DNA of 64,000 nt, from the NCBI RefSeq assembly GCF_009914755.1, contig NC_060929.1. One strand, 5' to 3'. The notes beneath the pieces are model-generated. The model searched no databases. It was not told where the DNA came from and was given only the letters and a program-made list of their open reading frames with translations. Of this stretch, positions 26,036 to 40,144 are shown in pieces; position 1 is the first letter of the stretch, and every line of letters begins with the position of its first letter. The DNA is from the human T2T-CHM13v2.0 reference genome, Homo sapiens. Made by a program: the position numbers and the translations under genes.

Positions 26036-26258
26036 ATGTGGGACAACAGATCACAACCCATAGGCCAAATGTGGCCACCACCTGTTTTGGTAGTTAAAAT
26101 TTCATTGGAATACAACTATGTGTATTTGTTGAGAAATTGTTTATAGTGCCTTTTGAACTATGACAGCAGAGCTGTGTAGGTGCAAATAAGACCATATAGC
26201 TCACAAAGCTGAAAGGTTTACTATCTGGCCTTTTAAAGGAAAAGTTTTCTAACCTCTG
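26036..26258 (+). mobile_element. MER58A-like hAT-Charlie MITE
   Basis: GGCCAAATGTGGCC...CCTGTTTT...TTTCATTGGAA...TTTACTATCTGGCCTTTTAAAGGAAAAGTTT...CCTCTG. Confidence 0.75.
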
Positions 26259-26269
26259 CAATAACACAT

Positions 26270-28750
26270 ACCAGGCCAAGTTAACATTCAATTTAAAAGA
26301 AACACAAATATTGTCAGGAACTGTTTCTGAAAAGGTATATAATTTTCTGTTGCAGATGACTTTGCCCTGAATCTTACAGGATTTGTGTCCCTTCCTCTGG
26401 AGTTCATGTATCTTACCAAGGTCTCCAGGGCGGGCACTAACCATTCCTGCTTATCTAGTGCAGTCTGCATGATGTCATCAATATAATGGATCTATGTGAC
26501 ATTCTGTGAGATGTCAGAGAATCCATATCTCTTTGGAATATATTGTGTCAGAGAGGACAAGCATTGACATAACTCTGGAGCAAATCTATAAGTGAATATT
26601 GGTGTTCATTCTATACAAACTTGAACTTTTTCTAATCCTTCTTTCTAGTTGAAATAAAAAGGAAGGCATTCCCCAAGTCAATGGCTGAATTCCATATACT
26701 TAAGTACTTATTAATCTGTTCTAGCAATAATACCACAGTCAGCATGGAAGCTGTAAATGGAATGTGATTTTACTAAGTTTGTGACAGTCTACAACAAGCT
26801 GAACAAAGTAAGTCACCAATTTGACTATCAGGCCCCTACATAAAATGGATAAATGCTGGAAAATTAAATGGTGACATAATAAGGACCACCATCCCCTTAA
26901 CTTTTAGATCTGTAACTGAAGCAGTAATCCCAACCATTTCCTGCAAGGTGTTATAGTATTTTTCAATTGAATATCTTGGTCAGGGGGCTGTGAAGAGCAT
27001 TTTCAGAGTTTTCCACTTGGCACTGGTATTCACTGTGATAACTCTTACTTCACAGGTCAAAGACTCAGATGGATGTTATCCAACTGCCAAGAATATCATT
27101 TCCTATTATACACTCAAAGACCAGGGAAATAATAATTAGGTGCTTCTACCCAGGAACCCAATAGCTTAACTTTTAGCCAGGACTCCATTTATTACTTAGC
27201 CCTTGTACTCCCTACTCTCTCAGGGAACAATAATGAGCTTTGAGTCCCGTAGTATGAATATCAACTTGGATTCTCTGTAAAATCATTCTAAAAATGTCTA
27301 GGCGTGACCCTTTCTCCAGTGCGAAAGCACTCAAGTGATCATGGGCTCTTTTGAGGTTGAACTGGGAGTCATTGCAGTACATACTGGCAGCTCTTTCCTC
27401 TAGAAAATCTGGCTACTTCTTCTGTCAGTAGTTGCTGTATTTGAAAATTAGCTCAGATCTGGAAACTGAGCAAGGAATTATGATTGCTCATTGAAGTGAC
27501 TCCCTGCAGCCTCCTGCTCTTCCATTCTTACCATGTTCTGGTTCTAGATATTAAGCAACACCCTTGTTGGCTGCCCATCTATTTTTCCTCTGTAGCCATC
27601 CTCTATTAACTAGCTCCCTGAATCTTGACTGCCCCTCTGAACTTTCGGATTGTTATAGTTATTGTAACCTCCTGGTTTCTGATTTTAAATGGTACCCCCT
27701 GGTGTTTATTATTTTGGTGCCTCATCATCCACATGGTTATTAAAGAGCCCAGGTCTGTGGGCCCCTCACCTGCTATCAGCCCTAACCTAAAGAGAAGATA
27801 CACTCCTGAATTTCTCAGTGATGCTAAAGACCCTCTCACCAGAACATTCCTCATGGCCTTAGTGATAGAAGATAATCATCTGGTGGGCCTTCTGGCCTTG
27901 CACAATATATCCATTCCAGTATGTCCGCATGCCTGAAACATTTTATTCTATTTCTACAACATAGCAAGGAAATTAATGAATTTCTACTTTACTCAGCATG
28001 GCCCTTTGATTTTCCATACATTGAGTGGCCACCTCAGCAGTAAGTTTTCCTCATTCCCTTCAGTCCTTGCAAGGTACTAAATCACATCTCCTGAGAAAGT
28101 ACCACCAAGTAAATGAATTTTCAAATATCCTGCCTTATATTCTTCTCCCCTTGATCAAAAAAACCTCTAATCTAATCTAAAATTATCTTTGACCATGCAG
28201 AGAGGAAAGGCCATGTGAGGACACAGCAAAAAAGTGGTTGATCATCTGCAGGCCAAGAAGAGAGCTCTCATCAGACAACAATTCCACTGGCACCCTGATC
28301 TTGAACTTCCAGTCATTAGAATTTGAGAAAAAAATTTCTGTTGTTTAAGTCATGCAGCCTGTGGCATTCTATTATGACAGACTTGGTTGACTAATACATG
28401 ACTCCAGGCTGGTCTTTCTACAGAAGAGGAGGGGATTTTTATAAGCTACCAAAGTATTTAACTGTTAATCACCCTCAGTGTCAATACAAGTAGTAGTAAC
28501 TAGGCAACTCCACAGTCCTTAAAAAGGAGTTGTTCTCCACATATCTCATAAATGCCTGAAACATTGCACCAGCAAAATCATTTCTCTATACCAGGACATT
28601 TTCCCAGGGCCCTTCAGGAATTAGGCCATTATTTTGGGATGGGGATTATCCATGCTGCACTTTCCCCTTAAAACAAGCTCATCTTTGTTAGTCAGGTAGA
28701 GAGTGACTCATTCTCAAAACTCATCTTATTTTCTAAATAAATCAATCCTA
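26270..28750 (-). mobile_element. Decayed ERV-L internal region (gag and RT remnants)
   Basis: Minus strand ~26640-26800 gives VVDCHKL.../VVLLLEQINKYLSIWNSAIDLGNAFLF (ERV-L RT-like). ORF 27606-27854 RNVLVRGSLASLRNS resembles ERV-L gag. Confidence 0.7.
28190..28398 (+). mobile_element. MLT1B-like LTR 3' fragment nested in the ERV-L
   Basis: GCCATGTGAGGACACAGC...GGCACCCTGATCTTGAACTTCCAG...TTTCTGTTGTTTAAG...GACTAATACA. Confidence 0.7.
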
Positions 28751-28759
28751 GCTCCATTT

Positions 28760-29199
28760 CTGTCAGTTCAGGTCCTCCAGTAAGGAAAAATCAAAATACA
28801 ATTAGACAGTCAAGAGATTTATTGCGGTGGCTCTGTGAAAGATAAAAGTGGGAGTAAGAGTGACAAGAAGAGCCTTTAAACCACCCTATAGGTCTGACAC
28901 TTGTGAAAGAAGAGAGGGAAGAAAAAATGAGTTAGAAGCAATCTCTGAAAACTGCAGTTCCAAGAACATCTTGGCCAGGCCAGGTCAATGGTGGACTTTA
29001 AGAACCAGTTGCTCTTGGAGAAATCTCACTTTGAGCATTAATGGTCTGGTTCTTGCATTCCCACTAAGCTCAATCATTGACTTACATCAGCTTGAGGTAT
29101 TGACTCAAATGTGTAACAGCTGGGGCTATAAATCAACTATGGTCCCCTCAGCAGGTCCTCTTGACAGAGATTTGAATGGCCTACTTCCACGGCCAACAT
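28760..29199 (-). mobile_element. ERV-L-class LTR, probably the 5' LTR of the adjacent ERV-L
   Basis: TGTCAGTTCAGGTCCTCCAG...AGAGATTTTATTG...CTGTGAAAGATAAAAG resembles the LTR33/40/41 group. It lies upstream of gag on the minus strand. Confidence 0.5.
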
Positions 29200-30598
29200 A
29201 GTGTGAGCATTAATACTCTGACTTAATTAAAGAGTGAAACTCAAATGCTGCTATTTTCTTACTAAACCCATTTCTTTTTCTGCCTCTCCTGAGCACTATA
29301 TTCCCCCCCCCCGCCCCATCCTTAAAGGTGGTGGGGCCATATGACTCCACTTTGGTTGATGGAATAGGTGCCATTTCAATCCCTAGTCCCTTAAATCTCC
29401 CACAAGCTATCCTCCACTCTCTTTCCACTTCTGAGGCAAGCATGCAGGTCATGTGTTGAACAGGCACCAAAAGATGAAGGGAGAGGATGAGCTTCCGCAT
29501 CACTATTTTGAAGAGATATGCCAGACTGCCATGGACTATGTGATGTGAGCAAGCAACAAATCTTCACTGAAATAAGATCGATATTTAAGAGCTGTTTATT
29601 TCAATAATTAGCCGGCTTTTTTTTAATGTTCTAGGAGATAGCCTACTATTTTGATAGAAACATTGCTAAATAGGCAATTTTTTAAATTGTCTTTTGATTA
29701 CTTAGCTAGAGCCATCATGTTCAATGTGTGTTGAGAGGCTTGAATGAAAAGAAGATGGAACATAGAAACTAACAGTTATTTATTCTTATCATTATTATCT
29801 GTCCTATCTTTTATAGTGATATTCTGTAAAACACAGCCAACTCTACTAAATAATCAAGTTCTTAATAACCAATGTAATATATACTTTTTAATCTCTTAGA
29901 CAAATTCTTTGAGATCAACTTGCAAAAATATGACTCACTGGTATTCTTTAAAAATGAGAATGACCACAATGTCTAACATCTAAGTCATTCTTGTTCAGAT
30001 CATGCCTGAACAAAATTAGCATTTTAAAGCACTTTTCATGTTTTCTCCAAATGATGTATTAATGAAATAAGCCTTTACCTTGTATTTCCACAATAACTTG
30101 TGAAAATTGTGTGTAATGTTGCAGGACTGTGTGAACAGTTATAGAAAATCTTTTTAAACTCAGTGAAATAGATACAATCAACTTTATCTCCAAGCTTTTA
30201 ATATGCAATGGTTGAATCATTTTTACATGATTTGTTAATCTGAGAAGTAAGTGCCAAATCACAAGTGAAGTGATTTGTAATCATCTAAAATCTATTATAC
30301 TTCACCTACCCAAGAAACTAGAATCTTAATACTTCGCAAGTTGCCAGGATGGCCTGTGTTCAACATATCATAAAAGTACAAAAGTTATTATTTCATTTCA
30401 TGTTTTAAAAATCCATGGTCTGCCTCGCCTATCACCTTAAAGGCACAAATGTCTGCTAATTGTAGTAATTTTTCAGTGCTTCTACTTTTAGCAATTTCCT
30501 CTAATAATTACACCTAGATTGACTAACCAATTACTTTGCTTTATGATTTCTTCATTTTGTCCTGGAACTAATCCCCCATAGATACTGAGGAGCTACTC

Positions 30599-31235
30599 TA
30601 CACAAATCTTCACTGCTGCTTTATTTGTAATAATACCAAACTGGAAATAAATACACTTCAATGGGTGAATGGATAGATAAACAAATTGTGGTACATTCAT
30701 ATAATAGAATACTACTCAGCAATAAAAGGAGCAAAGTTTTGATAGATACAATAACTTGGATTGATCTTAATGAGATTATGCTGAGTAAAAAAAAAGCCTA
30801 TCCCAAATGATTACATACTTTATGATTCTATTTATATAGCTCTCTTGATATGACAAAACTATGGAAGTAGACAAGAGATTAGTGGCCACCAAGGAGAATA
30901 GAGTGTAAGTATAAAAGCTAACACAAGGGAGTTTTTGAGGTTGATGAAACCATTCTGTGTCTTGATTGTGGTGGTAGTTACACAAATCTACAAATGTGAT
31001 AAAATTTTATAATATGCCAAAAATAGCTCCAGTAAAAACTCCTGAAATCCAAATTAAGGTATGTAGTTAATAGTATTAAACCATTGTCAATTTTCTGTAT
31101 TAGATTATTCTTTTAAAGTTATTAAGACGTTATCATTGGGTAAAGCTGGAAGACTAGAATGAAGGAACTCTCTATATCATTTTTGAAACTTCCATGTGAG
31201 TCTAAATTATTTCAAGATAAAAAGTTTAAGAAAAA
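30599..31235 (+). mobile_element. Old L1M (MC/MD-like) 3' end
   Basis: ATGGGTGAATGGATA...AATTGTGGTACATTCATA...GAATACTACTCAGCAATAAAA; ends TGTGAGTCTAAATTATTTCAAGATAAAAAG. Confidence 0.7.
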
Positions 31236-34200
31236 AATACTAATCTCCAGGACTACTCCCAGAGATTCTAATTCAGCAGGTCTAAAGTGGAGCACGGAGA
31301 TCTCCCCAAGTGGTTCTCATGAGCAGTCATATTTGAAATCCCCCCATATAACGTACAATGTCCTTAAGAGCATCACTTGGCAGTGAAGATGACAGCAGGT
31401 TCTACACAACAATTTTCTACAAGGCCTCTTATTGCAAGCTGAAGGAATCATGAAAAAGCACAAGATAACAAATCTATGAGGGCCCAAAACAGCATCCAAG
31501 GGGGTTCTGGAACTAATACCCCACAGATACTGTACACAGATGTTCACTGCTGCTTTATCTGTAATAACCCCAAATTGGAAATAACACTGCATCCCAGTAT
31601 CATGGCTTGATTCCCAGTTAGCTTCTAAACTAAGACTAGATGACTTCAAATATTTCAAGCAGCACTCCATAAGCATCAGTTCTTACCCCTAAATGTTTCA
31701 CATTGCCAATTAGGGGCAGATGAATACAATCTGATATTATGCCAAGTTGGAAGTAATGGTGACATCCTTTTAAGAATATTACAGAAGATTTCTATTTGAA
31801 GAGTAGACCTCCCACCTTCAAATGGAGGTAGGCTAAAGGAAAACCTGAGAAAAGGGTCAAGATTTTACTAGAAAAGCTGCATAGAATTTAAAAAGTAATT
31901 GAGCCCTAAGGCATTATCTTTTAATTAAAGTCCAAAATGTGATTTATCTTAATGAATATCACTTGCATTCAGTGAATAAGGTCTACAATGTGGTAAGGAG
32001 CTCAACACTTCTGTATTGCTTGCATAACATCAACTTCTATCATATGATAATTCTATTATCATGAAGAAAATGACTATGTCAAAATATTATCTCTCAATTG
32101 TTTTAAGTATTACCATTAATATAAAAATTAGATGGGTAATATTGGTAATAAACACTTGAAACTTTATGTAAGCATATACATTATAAGAAGGAAATTATTC
32201 ATTTAATAGATACATGTTTTAATATCTCTACTATATGGAAGTTATTATACTAGATACTGACATTGAAACATATAATATATTGTTTCTTTCCTCAAGAAGC
32301 CAGTGTCTATTGGAGTAAATAACTCAACAATTACTATATAGTCCATTGATTATAGTATGGGTGTCTCTTAATCTGAACTCTTGAAAGCTGAGTAGAATTT
32401 AGCTAGATGAAGAAAAGGTACATGTGCATTGCAGGGAGAGGAAACAGTTTGAATGCATGGAAGAATACAATTCAATGACGTATTCAAGTAGCAGTGACTA
32501 TATCCGAAATCAATAAACAATGAGGCATTTGAGTATAGGTTTGTGGGTGGCAGAATAACTACCTGAAAGCAGGTCACGGTGGGTGCGTGGGTGTCTCCAG
32601 CACAACACTGGCATGCAAGGCCATCCTGAAAGTATTCAAGCATTTTGGAAACAGCACTCATACAGTAGTGTTGACAATGGACTGGAATATGATTAAACTG
32701 AAGGCAAAGAGAAAAATAAAATTATTGAACCAATAAAATGGGGTGCAGAATTATTCCATATGATGATTTTCATTATCATTATAACTTATACTGGTCTTTG
32801 CACATTGGAAAGCCACTTCTTTGTTAAAGCAGTGAAATTAATTAGCAAAAATCCCAAAAGTCAGTTGGGTCACACCTGTAGTCAAACCATCTGTATACAA
32901 TAATTTTAAGGAAATTTTAAAAAAATACATGTGTAGTGAAGTCTCTGTTAAAAGAAAAACAAGTGTCCTTTGGGTTGAAAATACCATCTGGATCATTTCA
33001 AACTTACCAGGTACAAAACATAGCACTGAGAAGCCTGAGGTCTGAAATATATAAACAAAAAAATCTTAAAAGAGATCTTAAATCTTTAAAACATTCCCTC
33101 CAGAAAGCAGGTTGGCATTTTTCACACTGCACCTGGATTTTCTTACATTAAAATGTCATGTTACTTCCTAGAAGGGATATTGTGAAGATTAACACAATCA
33201 CGTTTTAAAGCTCTTTGAGTTTGTCAGAGTGAAGTTCTGTAAGTACAAGGTACAACATTCACTGTTCACTGCACAGTTATTTGAATCCTAGTTATGTGGG
33301 ATATCAGAGTGAAGCAGATAAACTTCCTTTTACCCACATGAAGTAGAAAAATGAAATTCAGTAGAGAATTAGAATTGGTAATGTTTGAATTACTATGCAA
33401 AATTGAGGCATTCTTGTTACTTCCAGGTGTCTTAACAGACCCTTCGTAATATGGAAAAAGATTTATACCCAAGTCAAGTAATAAAGGAATTTACTCATTG
33501 ATTTTTAAGGTTGGGGGAGTGAAAGAACTTTCTTGCAAGTTAAAAAAAAAAGTGTAGATTAAAATTTTTTTTTAAATATTGGAAAATCAAATTTACTTAT
33601 TTTAATCAATTTTAGTCAGTCAACAATACACATTCAATAGTCCTTGATGCTAGGCATTCCAAAAACTTATAAAAAGCAGTAAACTCAACAAAAAAAAATC
33701 TGAGTCTTTTTTTATCTTTTAAAATACTTAATTTTATAGAGATAAATAGCTACATACACAAACAATGGAAATATTATCTGGCATTTACTAATAATATAGT
33801 CCATGAGATCAGTGCCAAACACTGTTAAAGGTGAAGATCTGCTTTTTTTCCCCTTCCATTCACTCACTTAAACAACTTTTAGTGATTACCTCATGCAAAT
33901 GAAAATAGGGTCATATGGCTTGTGTTGTAATTCATTTGTTCATTCAAACATTTATTGAGACCCAGACACTAGGGCAAATATGAAATATAGTAAGCTCAAT
34001 TTTATGTCTTAAGATTATTTTCCTATAGTGGTGGAATCAGATATGTAAATATATCATAAGGTCATATTTTAAGGTGGAATAGTAACTACAATGTATAAAT
34101 AATACAATGAAGCTTAAGTACTTAGGAGTTCTCAAGCCTAGCTGCATTTTAAGATCACCAAAAGCATTTTCCTTTAAATAAAATGCAAAGGCCTCATCCA

Positions 34201-35933
34201 TCCCGCCTCAATTCTGATTTAATTGGACTACAATGGAAAACTAGGATGTTGTGTTTTTGTTTTTGTTTTTTTCTCAAAACTTTCATTGAGTGTAATATGT
34301 GCCCAGGGTTGAAGCTTCCCCACTTCCACGCTAAATGGTTTGCTTAAAAACCTAATGAAGAGAGAGTTTAAAAGTTGTGTTGAAATTGAGGACACTGTTG
34401 AGAAAATCTGTAGGTGAAAAGTGAGATCACTTAAGACACCTATCACTAAAATTGAATACAATATGGTACATGTATTCTAACAATTCAGAAAAATATAGCA
34501 GAGCTGTAAATAAAATCCACTAAACCCAGGAACCCAAACCTAGGACTAAGTATACTATGCAAATATTTATCCTTGGGCCCTCAATCTCCAAATTCTTCCA
34601 ATTACCCAATTAAATTCAAACTAGTCAAAACCTCTAAGGCAGGTCGTGCCATGTTTTATATTTGGAATAAATGAGTGATGATGTAAAGATGTTACATTCA
34701 AGAAGCCTGCATTTCAAAACAAAACTGAAATTCCAGGCATCAACAAGAACAGTGAAGAATCTCATAGGATGATCAGATCTTCCTAGCTACTGAAATGTCA
34801 GAAGGCAGTAGTCTACACTGGCAGGGTATTCCATCAGGAATTACAGTTCCGGAATTTGGGGTTCTTGCTCAGTTTTCCTTGGTAATAAACAAAAAATAAA
34901 TGAAATTTAAAAACCCAAGAGTGTCTTCATTTAAGAGTTTTCCAAGAAGTTCAACTTCCAGGTGTTTCTGAGCACAAGATTTACCATGTCACACAACTAC
35001 GATGAGAGTACAAATCAGACAAAAGGTGATCCTTTATTGAGCGAGGCAAAGGGAGGCTTAATAGAAATAAAAACTAAGGACCAAAAAGCAGTATATTGAA
35101 ATTTTCAACCATAAAGTATCCAAAAAAGTACAAAGTTTATAGTCTTTTAAAAATATTTTTCCTGTAACATCACACCTCCGTGTAATGTTTTAAAGCATGC
35201 CTAGCAAGTTGGATTCAACACAATTAGAGAAAAAGAACCATATAAATGAGTAGGTAAGTTTGTGCATAAGGGGATTTAGAACATAGCCACACATTCTCTC
35301 CACTTCACCACTCTTCTGGGGGCTTAATGTCTTACACTTAAAAACAGGGTTCTGTTTTTGTTTCTCTGATTGATATATGTAAATACACCTTTGAAATATA
35401 TCAATAAGTTATAGACCTAGAATTGTTATCAAATACTCATAATAGAATTTTTCAAATCTAAATCGTCTATGTACCTATAGGCTATTGACATGGTGTTTTC
35501 TTGATGTTTGAATTGTTAGAAGACAACACAGAATTATATAAACATGTATAGATAAAATTTATGGTGACTTTTCTATAGCTAACAGAAATGAGTGGTCAAA
35601 AGCAACCTTTTAACTATTAGCATTATTCATAGAGGAAATAAAGACACTTTTTTATTTCTTTGGGTTTTCTAAAATAGCAAGCTGGATGACTGAATAAGTA
35701 AGCTTCTTGTTGAGTATTGGTTCCCATGAGGTATTTGCTTTTTATTACTGATCTATTCCTATAAATCTTTCTCCGTTTTTTTTTTCCATCACTCATACAA
35801 CCCATACTTACTACTGAGACAAGATCACTACCAAAAGAGATATTGGGAGGCTGGGAGTCCATTTCCCAAGCAGTTATGATCACAGAAATCTCCACGTTAA
35901 CTCACAGCCCCTGCATAAGGAATTCTACTAGAT

Positions 35934-36461
35934 TAGTAGTCCCCACCCTTTTTAGCACCAGGGACTGGTCTTGTGGAAGACAATTTTTCCATGGTTTGGG
36001 GGGAGTGCAGAGGGATGGTTTCGGGATGGATTCAAGCACATTACATTTATTGTGCACTTTATTTCTACTATTATTACATTGTAATATATAATTAAATAAT
36101 TATGCAAATAATGTAGAATCAATGGGAGCCCTGAGCTTGTTTTTCTGCAACTAGACAGTTCCTTCTGGGGGTGATGGAAGACAGTGACAGATCATCAGGC
36201 ATTAGATTCTCATAAGGAGTGTGCAACCTAGATGCTGCACATGTACATTTCACAACAGGATTCATGCTACTATGAAAGTCTAATGCTGCCACTGATCTGA
36301 CAGGAGGCCGAGCTCAGGCACTAATGCGAGTGATGGGAAGCCGCTTTAAATACAGATGAAGCTTTGCTTGCTCACCTGACCCTCCCCCCCATGCTGTGCA
36401 GCCCAGTTCCTAACAGGCCACGGACTGATACTGGTCCATGGCCTGGGGGTTGAGACCCCTG
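35934..36461 (-). mobile_element. MER1A hAT-Charlie DNA transposon
   Basis: Termini TAGTAGTCCCC.../...GGGGTTGAGACCCCTG; perfect 8-bp TSD TACTAGAT at 35926-35933 and 36462-36469. Confidence 0.9.
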
Positions 36462-39344
36462 TACTAGATGAACTGAGACATTGTTTATCATTTTTAGCAA
36501 AAGTGTTAATTCCTTGAAATACTCAGAATAATAGTAATGAGTAAGACACAGAGCAATCGGAAATGCAGAGGCTCTTTTTTGTTAGGCTACATGTAAGCTA
36601 TAGACAACATCTGACTGCTGAAAAAAAAAAAGACAATCTTTTCCCCGGATATGGCAAGGACACTCAGCCTCACTTTAGTCTTTTTAAAGTTCACCCTATA
36701 CAAAGACAGAGATTACCATCAGTGGTGGTGTCTTCTGAAACAAAGGGCAGAAATTGATATTTCTCTTAGTGGGAGGTAATGTCAATATAGTAACCCAACC
36801 CCTTCTGAAGATGGCAAAAATGTTTTTTCAAGCTGCTACTAAAATCTATTTTGCCTAATTTTCACAAATAAAGAACATGACGGTTTTGTTTCCCTGACAA
36901 TACTCTTGAATGTAACTGGCCTTCATGCTTTGTCCTCTGGTCTGTGTCCAAGCAACAGTCCAACACCTTAAATTAATCTTTGCATCCAATGAGAAGTTCC
37001 AAAGAAGCCCAGACAGATGTTCCTGTGATTATCACTGTCATATATTCTATTAAAGATTATACAGATAAGAAAAGCTATGACTTCTTAGAAGTTTTGGGTT
37101 TTCTGTGGCTTTAGTAATAGAAAATGTCTAATTCTTTACGAAATAACAGATACAAGATATTTTATATATACAGGGTTTTTTAAAGATTTTTTTTAATATT
37201 GGTCAAGAATATTGCCTTGGATAAATACATAGAATATGTATGTAGAAGTATGAGAAATGGACTAGAAACCAAGCGCATTAACCTCATGATAGATGTTGTC
37301 TCTGGGAAGTGAGTATAAATAATAGAATGATGAAACGTGGTTATGGAGACTTTGGCTAAATCTGTAATGTTTGTCTCTTTAAAAAACGATAAGGCAAATA
37401 TGACTAAGTGGTAAGTTTTAAATATTATGCATTATTATGGGTGTCTTTATGTTGTTATTTAACGTTTTCTGCATTTGAAGATCTCCAAAATTTAAGAAAA
37501 CAAGACTATTAGCTAATCACATGCCCATTGTGCTTTCTCTTCTGAAGAAAATGATTGCAATTAGAACACCCTTCCTTGTTGTCCAATTAGTAGCTTGCAT
37601 CGAAGAAATCTTCATTGGGCATTAATCAATTCAAAATCGTGATTTTAATGGTACTAGTCACCCTGCTTTTAAAAACACATTAATATTCAAATTCATGTGT
37701 AAGTGCCCCATATAGCTGATTAACTGGAAGTAAGAAAAGCCTTAATATATGCAGAACACCATTCACGTGCTCTAAAAGGCAAATGAAGGCGCTCGGATAT
37801 ATTATGAGTTGTAAGTGTCTGTCTTTTATGAAAATGAAGAAAAATTCCCTCAAGAAGAACCCAGATATTTGGCCGTTTTGACATTTTACAAGGTATAGAG
37901 CAAAGCACTCAACCAGGCAAGCATCGGTAAGAAATAAAAATGAGTGCATTCACTTACAATAATAAATTCAAAATAACACTTATATTATGTACATGCATCA
38001 CATATAGCAACTGTGTAAGTATGTAGTTCTTTGAGTACTGTTTATAAGAACTTTCAAAAAAAGATCCCAAAATTATTGATGACTGTTTACTTTTGGCCCA
38101 TGAATCATTTCCTGAATATATTTTACAATTGTGATTCAGCTCAGTTTTTAATTAATTTAATTTTTTGTTTCTTTTTTAACAAAATCACTGTTTCTCTTTT
38201 CAGATTATCCACAGGTTTGGCCTATCTCCTGAGGTAACACCAGGCACATCTGTTGATCTCCTCAAACACCAAGACAGCAACAATAATGGACTTACAAAAT
38301 AAAAGCTAGAGAGAGAGTCTTTTCAAAACACAACGGGAAAAGTAACTCAAAATGAGATAACCAGCAGATGCTCCAGAATATGGAAGTCATCTGTAAGCGT
38401 TTAGTGGAATGGAGAATGCTGAAACAGTTCTCCATTTGCCAGATGCCTGAAATAGAGACAGATGAGCTATTCCTCTGAACTTCAACAACAGCGCCAGCTG
38501 AAAAAGCAGACCCTTTCTGCCAAGGGTCACTTGTTGGAGCTGTTGACTGTAAATCAGAGTTCTCCTTTTGGACTTATGGTACCCAGAAAATGCAACCAAA
38601 ATGTTCATATGTGCACCTTACCTTGGGCACAAAGACCATCATCCTTAGTTGCTGAAGGTCTGTGGGGGTGGGCACAAATTGTTTAGATGTTTTGAACAAA
38701 GGTACCTTTTTATAAAAACCGCATGTTGTACACAGCATTTCTTACCTTTCCCATGAACAACAAAGGCTCCCAAATAAAATAACCCACATTTCAACTTCAT
38801 TGGTAAATAGTGGTAAGATATTTAGGTCTGAAAATCTTTATGAAAAGGCCCTTTATGTCTTTTTTTCCTTGCTAAAATAATTGCTGCTATATTACAGTGT
38901 CTTCTAACCTGCATTAGTGGGAAAAAAATGCCTTTGTGTGAAATGAACTATCTGGAATCCTTTTTCTCATATTGTTTAGATCAGGAGTCTGTTTTTTTGC
39001 ACTCTCTCCCAGGGTGTCTGAAACATTTAAAAATAACAGTGGGTAGTCAGAACTGCTCATGCTGGCAGTGGGTGCCTTATGGTTTGCCATCACATAAATG
39101 TCAACTTTGCTTTCTTTTATAGAGCTAAGCAGAGATAAATCTCAGTAGCAAAGAAAGAAGTCTTTAGATTTTGTAGTTTCCTTCATTTCTGTGTGTGGCC
39201 TACCAATCAGCCCAGAGCATCTCTGCACCTCTTCATCCTGTTTAACTCTAGCACCCATTTGTTTCAACTTTTCCAAATCTGCCAGGAGGCTGAGAGGAAT
39301 CTTTAGTGGGGTTAGAATATAGTGGGGTATACTGGGATATAGAC

Positions 39345-39527
39345 CAATGGGTCTCACAGTGCAGTCCAAGACCAGCAGCAGCAGCAGCATCGCCTGGGAA
39401 CTTGTTAGAAACACAGATTCTTTAGACCTCGCCTTCTGAATCAGATACTATGAGATTGAGATTTATTAATCTGGTTTGATAAGCTTTTCAGACCATTCAG
39501 ACCCACACTAAAGTTTGGGAAACTCTG
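39345..39527. mobile_element. MER5A-like hAT MITE
   Basis: GACCAGCAGCA...CATCGCCTGGGAACTTGTTAGAAA...CTGAATCAGA...CTAAAGTTTGGGAAAC. Confidence 0.7.
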
Positions 39528-40144
39528 GTCTTGACCACAATGCCAAAATTTCCCGTAGGAACTCCATAAATTTCACTCTTAGATTTCTGCACCAGGTGTT
39601 TCCCAATTGTGAAAGCCCAAATATTTTAGATGCCCATTTAGTATCTATACTACAGTGACCCCAAGATACAAAAAGGACACCATCTAAATTAAACGTGGTG
39701 TCAGCTTTTGGAATGTGTAGTGGTGAATTAATTTGCATTAAGAATTTGTCTTGGATCAGCAAAACAGTTTGGCTAAGCCATAGCCCCAGTGCCTTCTAAA
39801 AATCACACTCCTTTGATTTCCTACCAACAAAAGAGAGATTTAAGAGCCTTACAGAAAACAACACTGCCACCTGTGCATAAGACAAGCACTTGGGTTGGTT
39901 GATGAATGGATTACACCTATCAGTGCAGGTGTCCTTATTCGTGGATGAAAACAACTGATTCATTCTCTCTCTTAATTAGCTTTGAATGCACTACTGCACT
40001 GTACTCACTGAGTGAGGCTCTGCTGAACATTTTAGGTTACATTCCAAAAGTAGGAACTGTGGAAATATGAAATTGAGGAACTACAAAGTGTTTTATGACA
40101 TTTAATGTAAAAGCTGATGACATTAAAAACATAAAGAAAATATC

